From Octopus sinensis (taxonomy: Eukaryota), in the NCBI RefSeq assembly GCF_006345805.1, contig NW_021826300.1:1-13276 (forward strand): DNA of 13,276 nucleotides, given 5' to 3'. The notes beneath the pieces are model-generated. The model worked only from the letters and a program-made list of their open reading frames with translations, ran no database searches and had not been told where the DNA came from. The translations under genes were made by a program, and so were the position numbers. Below are positions 7,186-13,276 of this stretch, one piece after another. Each line of letters starts with the position of its first letter. Position 1 is the first letter of the stretch.

Positions 7186-7340
7186 TGGGTTGGTTGGTGG
7201 TGGTGGTCGTGGTGGTGGCGGTAGTGATGGAGGTCATGATGGTGATAACGAAGGTGATGCGTGTGCTGTTGCTGTGGTTGTTGATGGTGGTGATGGTGGT
7301 GGTAGTGTTTGTGTTGGAGGGATGGTCGTTGGAGGTGGCA
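7186..7340. repeat. Degenerate (GGT)n/(GAT)n
   Basis: Direct reading. Confidence 0.8.
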
Positions 7341-7579
7341 GGGGTACGCGAGAGAAAAATGTAAATAAACGGATTTAAGATTGAATGAATGCGTTGAGGA
7401 ATTGCATTTTAAGCATTGCTACAGATTTCCCAAGATAAGCAAAGATAAGTGACATCTGGGTATTTGCTAAAGACAGTCAACACAAGAGCACAACAATGGC
7501 AAGAAAATGGAATTACCAATTCAATTGTCCAGCCCGACCGAAGAATTCAAATCTGACTGCTGAAACGTTTCGTCGACGC

Positions 7580-7955
7580 TGACAACGCCAACACAACAAA
7601 AACAACAACGAATACAGCAACAAGAACAAAATGGGTAACTGCTACAATAACAGCAACGATAACGAGTATCATAACAACGATAATACTCTTGACTACGATG
7701 GCTGTACAATGGCTACCACCGCCGACGACGCTATTAAGAATAACAAGGATTTCAACGCCATTGCTAACACTGACACCGCCGCCATGGCTTTACAACGCAA
7801 TGGCGGCCGATAACAAGAACTGTCACTACAACAACGAGAAGTATAACAACAATTGTAAGGATTATAATGCCACAACCACTCACAACACCATCACGGACGA
7901 CACCGTATGAAAAACGTTAACAACATAGGTAGCAATATTACTGCCACCACCACTC
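7580..7955. repeat. Degenerate (AAC)/(ACC)n low-complexity tract
   Basis: Triplet periodicity with scattered stops. Confidence 0.7.
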
Positions 7956-8063
7956 GTGCCCCAGTGCCACTGCATCGTCCTCCCGAGACATTAAAACCAC
8001 TTACGTTTTTGTATATAGTTTATACATACATGCACACAAATATAGAGATAAGTAGAATAGAGC

Positions 8064-8220
8064 GTGTATGTATGTGTATATATATATATAATATATATAT
8101 ATGTATATATATTTGTATATATATATGTTATATATGTATATATATGTATTTATATATATATATTATATAATATATATATATATACATGCATGTATATATG
8201 GATATATATATATATATATC

Positions 8221-8254
<34 letters not shown>

Positions 8255-8510
8255 ATATATATCTGTATGTATGCACAGAAATCCACCACCGCATATCTAC
8301 AATATCAACATGAAATCGAATGTTTTACATATATATATGTGTATGTGAGTGTGTATGTGTGTTGTTTTGCGTTCATGTGTCATTTTGTGTCTGTGTATAT
8401 ATATATATATTCATATACATATATATACATATATATATATGTGTGTGTATATGTATATATATATATATGTGTGTGTACATATATATATATACATACATAT
8501 ATACACATGT
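8064..8510. repeat. (TA)/(TG)n microsatellite field
   Basis: Direct reading. Confidence 0.85.
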
Positions 8511-8779
8511 AGACATCTGATGACAGTTCATATGAATGGTTACAATACGGGTAAGTGCAGGTGCCTGTTGGGAAAAGAGAGGGCGTGCTTGTGTGTTTGT
8601 GCATGTGTGCGCGCGCTGGTCGGATTTGGCAGGTGAGGTAATGATTTGAGCATGCAAGTTTAGATAACCAACCAGTTGATTTGCAATTACTGGAAACGTT
8701 GGAGTGTAAACACTGGTATAATTGAAGTTATTAGAACTTGTGTGTAACCTGGACAAACACGCATTCAAATACACATCCA

Positions 8780-9090
8780 ATCTCATACATACATGCTCAC
8801 ATATCTGTGCGCACATGCATGTACAAATACATATAATATATACATATATATATATACACAACATATATACAAACACATATATACATACACATATATAACA
8901 CGTTCCGACATGAAAACACTTATATATTTATGTTGCATTGCATACGTCCATACTACACATATTACTCATACATACATACATTACATACATACACGTACAC
9001 ATAATACATATATACATACATACATACATACATACATACATACATACATACATACATACATACATACATTCGTACGTACATACAGATACG
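8780..9090. repeat. (CA/TA)n and (TACA)n microsatellite
   Basis: Pure (TACA)n at about 9012-9068. Confidence 0.85.
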
Positions 9091-9223
9091 TCCATGTTAA
9101 GATATCGGCACGAACGAATATAAGACATTTACATACATTATAATCACGACGAAACATATTTAGGGATAAACTCTCAGAAAATCTGAGGGGTTTTTTCAGA
9201 CTTGTGTATTTACATACTTATGT

Positions 9224-9225
<2 letters not shown>

Positions 9226-9261
<36 letters not shown>

Positions 9262-9619
9262 TATATCTATGTTGTGTGTATATATATATATATATATATG
9301 TATATATAGTATATATTATGTGTTTATAATATGTATGCATATATATGTATGTATATGAATGTATATAATATATGTATGTATATGAAATGTATCTATATGT
9401 TATATATATATGTATATATATGTTATATATATATGTATATATATATGTGTGGTGTGTATATATATATATGTATATATATATATTGTATATGTGTGTATAT
9501 ATATATATATATGTGTGTATATATATATGTGTATATATGTATATATATATATATGTATATATACATATATATATGTATATATGTATATATACATGTATAT
9601 ATATGTGTATATGTATATC

Positions 9620-9661
<42 letters not shown>

Positions 9662-9870
9662 TCTGTGTGTGTGTACATGTGTGTGTGCGAGTGAGTGTAT
9701 GTATGTATGAATGTGTACGTGTATGTATGTATGTATGTATCTATATGTGTATGTGTGTATATATGCATGTGTACGCGTATGTATGTATATGTGTTTGTAT
9801 GTACGTATGAATGTGTATGTGTAAACATATGTACATATGTACGTGTCTGTTGGTGTTTGTGTATGCATAG
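9226..9870. repeat. (TA)/(TG)n microsatellite field
   Basis: Direct reading. Confidence 0.9.
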
Positions 9871-10325
9871 GTAGATACGTTTATATCAACAGTAAAATTA
9901 AGTATTCTTTATATGCGTTCAGTTTATGTCGTTAGATGCCCTCTACATTCTAGATAGGTGTATGTTGGGGGGTTGTGTTTGTGTATCTGCATGTGTGTGA
10001 GTGTGTGTGTGTATGTGTGTGTGTGTGTTTTAAATAAACAAACGCATCAGAATTTGCTCAATACATATGCTGGTTCATATTTATTTCTCGGGATTTGATT
10101 GTTCCTTTCGTACCTAATCAGATTTTCCCAGCGCGCACGATCCTTCCGAACAGATTAATACGTACATTGATACGAATGGGAGACATTAATACGTATAGGA
10201 GAACATCCTTGCCGATTGAGGGAATATAGGCATGCATCGACATATTTTCGGTTTCATTGGTCGGTTTGGGGTTATGATATAATAGTCGAAAACGTAGCAC
10301 CAGTAATCTCTTGAGATGTGGGCTA

Positions 10326-10550
10326 GGCGGCGAGCTGGCAGAAACGTTAGCACGCCGGGCGAAATGCGTAGCCGTATTTCGTCTGCCATTATGTTCTGAG
10401 TTCAAATTCGGCCGAGGTCGACTTTGCCTTTCATCCTTTCGGGGTCGATAAATTAAGTACCAGTTACGCACTGGGGTCGATGTAATCGACTTAATCCCTT
10501 TGTCTGTCTTTGTTTGTCCTCTCTGTGTTTAGCCCCTTGTGGGTAGTAAA
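10326..10550 (+). mobile_element. SINE family A, full length, fused at its 3' end to a SINE B body
   Basis: Aligns with 1893-2119 along its length. Confidence 0.85.
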
Positions 10551-10770
10551 CTGAAAGAGGCCCGTCGTATATATGCATATATATATATATATTAGAAGAA
10601 ATGAGATACTCAGAAAATCAGATGGTTTGTATTTACAGATATTTATTTGTATATTACATTTTTTATATATCATATAACTTAGATCATGTATTAGCGCCTT
10701 CTCCAATTCTAGTGGGGTTTTCAAATCAAACTAAGTTCCTGTGTGTGGAGTTCTGACCATTTTATAGTGG

Positions 10771-10838
<68 letters not shown>

Positions 10839-10850
10839 TATGTGTGTGTG

Positions 10851-10884
<34 letters not shown>

Positions 10885-11130
10885 TGTATGTATGCGTGTG
10901 TATATGTTTGTGCGTCTGTGTCTGTACCCCGAATATCACTTGTCAGCCGATGCTGGTGTGTTTACGTCCCCGTAACTTAGCGGTTAGGCAAAAAGAGACC
11001 GATAGAATAAGTACTAGGCTTACAAAGAATAAATCCCTGGGTTCTATTTTTTCTCGACTAAATTCGGTGCTGCAACATGGCCACTGTCACATGACTGAAA
11101 CAAGTAAAAGAGTCAAAAGAGTCAAAAGAG
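10547..11130 (+). mobile_element. Headless SINE family B with a unique insert in its microsatellite
   Basis: taaactgaaagaggcccgtcgtat matches 4069-4092; 3' half 10920-11130 matches 4170-4360; tail (AAAAGAGTC)n. Confidence 0.75.
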
Positions 11131-11136
11131 GGTAAC

Positions 11137-11138
<2 letters not shown>

Positions 11139-11167
<29 letters not shown>
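11139..11167. repeat. (GA)n microsatellite
   Basis: Direct reading. Confidence 0.85.
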
Positions 11168-11508
11168 TGGGAAGAAGAGAGAGGAGGCAAAAAAGAGTGA
11201 AAAAAGAGTGAAAACATTATTTACAATAGACATCTTCCCTGCCACTCACATGATAATTAATATATAATGTCATTATGAAATTTGATTTTTAATTAATAAA
11301 TTTTTGTCTGGTCTGTATGCAATAAGAATAATGCATATGCCTGCACGTGTCTAAGTGTACGAGTGTGGGTATGTTTGCGACTGGTTGCACTGTATAACCA
11401 TGACAATTATTTATTCTTTATTTATTCTTGCCGTTGTTGCTGGCGTTCGTAGTGTCGTTGTTGTTGTTCTTGCTGTCGTCATCATTGTTTATTATATTTG
11501 TTACAGCA

Positions 11509-11664
11509 ATTCATGTTTCGGTGTTATTGTTGTTGTTTTTTTTATATCGGTATTCCTGCTTAATTATCATGAAATTTATCATTTTTGTTAATGCAGATGT
11601 CCTTTGCATCTGTTGACCTTTCCACCAGACGTTTGTGATATTTTTTGCCAGCACACGTATACAT
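11509..11664 (+). repeat. Left copy of about 150-bp direct repeat flanking SINE B
   Basis: Matches 12076-12221 with a few substitutions and small indels. Confidence 0.9.
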
Positions 11665-11679
11665 ACAAACGTGTACATA

Positions 11680-12075
11680 GGCGCAGGAGTGGCTGTGTGG
11701 TAAGTAGCTTGTTTACCAACCACATGGTTCCGGGTTCAGGCCCACTGCGTGGCATCTTGGGCAAGTGTCTTCTGCTATAGCCTCGGGCCGACCAAAGCCT
11801 TGTGAGTGGATTTGGTAGACGGAAACTGAAAGAAGCCTGTCGTATATATGTATATATATGTATGTGTGTGTATATGTTTGTGTGTCTGTGTTTGTCCCCC
11901 TAGCATTGCTTGACAACCGGTGCTGGTGTGTTTACGTCCCTGTCACTTAGTGGCTCGGCAAAAGAGACCGATAGAATAAGTACTGGGCTTACAAAGAATA
12001 AGTCCCGGGGTCGATTTGCTCGACTGAAACAAATGACTGAAATAAGTAAAAGAGTAAAGAGTAAAGAGTAAGAGT
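11680..12075 (+). mobile_element. SINE family B, near full length with a small 3' internal deletion
   Basis: Head ggcgcaggagtggctgtgtggtaag (A box), gggttcaggccc (B box); lacks the ggcagtgctccagcatggccgcag segment near 12025; tail (AAAGAGT)n. Confidence 0.88.
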
Positions 12076-12221
12076 ATTCATATTTCGGTGTTGTGTTTTT
12101 TATATCGGTATTCCTGCTTAATTATCATGAAATTATTATTTTTGTTAATGCAGATGTTCTTTGCATCTGTTGACCTTTCCACCAGACGTTCGTGATATTG
12201 TTTGCCAGCAAACGTATACAT
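12076..12221 (+). repeat. Right copy of about 150-bp direct repeat flanking SINE B
   Basis: Matches 11509-11664. Confidence 0.9.
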
Positions 12222-12269
12222 GCATATATGCATGATTATTTGGGGCTCTGTTATCATATATGCATATAT

Positions 12270-12558
12270 TGTTTGTTCCTTCTCCAGCCACGCCTGGCCG
12301 GTTTCCCGGTTTCCTTGGCGTATAGGTTCCCAACCTCGATGGGACGCCGGTCCGTCGCATGTGAGCTGCAAGATGCAGGAGGAAAGAGTGAGAGAAAGTT
12401 GTGGTGAAAGAGTCAGCAGGAAGTTCGCCATTATTCGGCCGGAAGCCGCACGAAGCTTAGATGTTCGCTCATAAAACACACACATCGCCCGGTCTGAGAT
12501 TCGAACCCGCGATCCATCGACTGCGAGTCCGCTGCTCTAACCACTGGCCATGTGCCTC
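12270..12558 (-). mobile_element. tRNA-derived SINE family C (tRNA-Arg-like head)
   Basis: Minus strand gaggcacatggccagtggttagagcagcggactcgcagtcgatggatcgcgggttcgaatctc has an A box, a CTCGCA loop and a perfect B box, but no closed acceptor stem. A GC-rich body follows and ends in ggaacaaaca. Confidence 0.75.
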
Positions 12559-12698
12559 AATATGCATATATGCTTCAAGTAAATACAGTAATAGGATCTT
12601 CTCGGTTGAACGGCCAGTTTTTTCTAGCGGTGGTGTCATATGAAATTGTCACCCATAACTATGAGCCTAGTATAGATCTATTGCATTTCAATCTGTTT

Positions 12699-12753
12699 TT
12701 AGGGTTTGGGTAGTTAGGGTTAGTGAGGGTAGGTTTAGGGGTGGGGGGAAGGG
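12699..12753 (+). repeat. Degenerate telomere-like (TTAGGG) G-rich tract
   Basis: ttagggtttgggtagttagggttagtgagggtaggtttaggggtggggggaaggg. Confidence 0.6.
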
Positions 12754-12808
12754 ATCTTTTTTCTTCACTAATGTAAATAAACCCAATCTGTTTCTTAAAC
12801 GAGGAACA

Positions 12809-12952
12809 TGATGGTGGTGGTGGTGATGGTGGTGGTGGAGGCGGTGGTGGCTCGGTACTGGTGGTGATGGTGATGGTGCTGGCGGCGGAGGTGGGTGGTG
12901 GTGGTGGTGGTGGTGGCAGTGATGCTGGTGGTGTTGGTGTTGGTGGTGGCGT
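12809..12952. repeat. (GGT)n microsatellite
   Basis: Direct reading. Confidence 0.85.
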
Positions 12953-13146
12953 TGTGTATTCAGTCGGTGTCATTTTCGTTCCAGTTGTTGAGTTGGTGAG
13001 TTGCTCTGCTGGTTTTCTCTTGTGTATTCGAAATCTCTCGTTTCTGTTTCCTTTTTGCAAACGATTAGAGGAGGCCGCAGCAGTAGCTATGGTGTTTACG
13101 TCGCTATTGTGGATTTAGTGTCGTTTGGGATCGATGAGGAGTCGTT

Positions 13147-13232
13147 TACTACTACTACTACGACTACTACTACTACGACTACTACTACTACGACTACTAC
13201 GACTACTAATACTAATACTACTACTACTACTT

Positions 13233-13274
<42 letters not shown>

Positions 13275-13276
13275 AT
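13147..13276. repeat. (TAC)n microsatellite with GAC/AAT variants
   Basis: Direct reading. Confidence 0.9.

Noticed and set aside
7631-7910. N/T/D-rich ORFs
   Set aside because: Decayed (AAC)n tract with no supporting splice or domain evidence.
8515-8560. CTGATGA followed by a small hairpin and GTA
   Set aside because: GAAA is replaced by GTTA and stems I and III are unconvincing; likely chance.
4337-9868. Many long ORFs rich in Y/I/C/V/M/H/T or poly-L/I/Y, such as 6213-7139
   Set aside because: Translations of dinucleotide and trinucleotide microsatellites; no domain-like composition.
12485-12558. tRNA-Arg gene on the minus strand
   Set aside because: No closed acceptor stem and it continues into a SINE body; treated as a SINE head.
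12659-13060. Proline-rich ORF
   Set aside because: Antisense of the (GGT)n and telomere-like repeats.

Overview
AT-rich, microsatellite-saturated eukaryotic DNA with no convincing host gene. The SINE families and repeat density resemble a cephalopod (Octopus-like) genome; this is inference from memory, not a search result. Nearly all listed ORFs are translations of simple repeats or SINEs. The main feature is a near-perfect 499-bp tandem array (493-1662, about 2.3 units). It holds two complete type I hammerhead ribozyme motifs (925-1038, 1424-1537) and one half motif, each with a 12-nt palindromic stem III; the complete motifs also have an unusually long G.U-rich stem II. The missing continuation of the last unit sits inverted at the left end (392-493), and the whole block lies in a (TA)n tract. 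This fits a young retrozyme or Penelope-like non-autonomous element that could yield a 499-nt self-cleaved, possibly circular RNA. Also present: a degenerate tRNA-Ala(TGC); three tRNA-derived SINE families; a SINE split by a 1.15-kb composite insert with a 14-bp TSD (about 150-bp monomer repeats plus an ORF1-like fragment); a 28-bp retro-insertion with a 16-bp TSD; a SINE flanked by about 150-bp direct repeats; and a SINE-SINE chimera.
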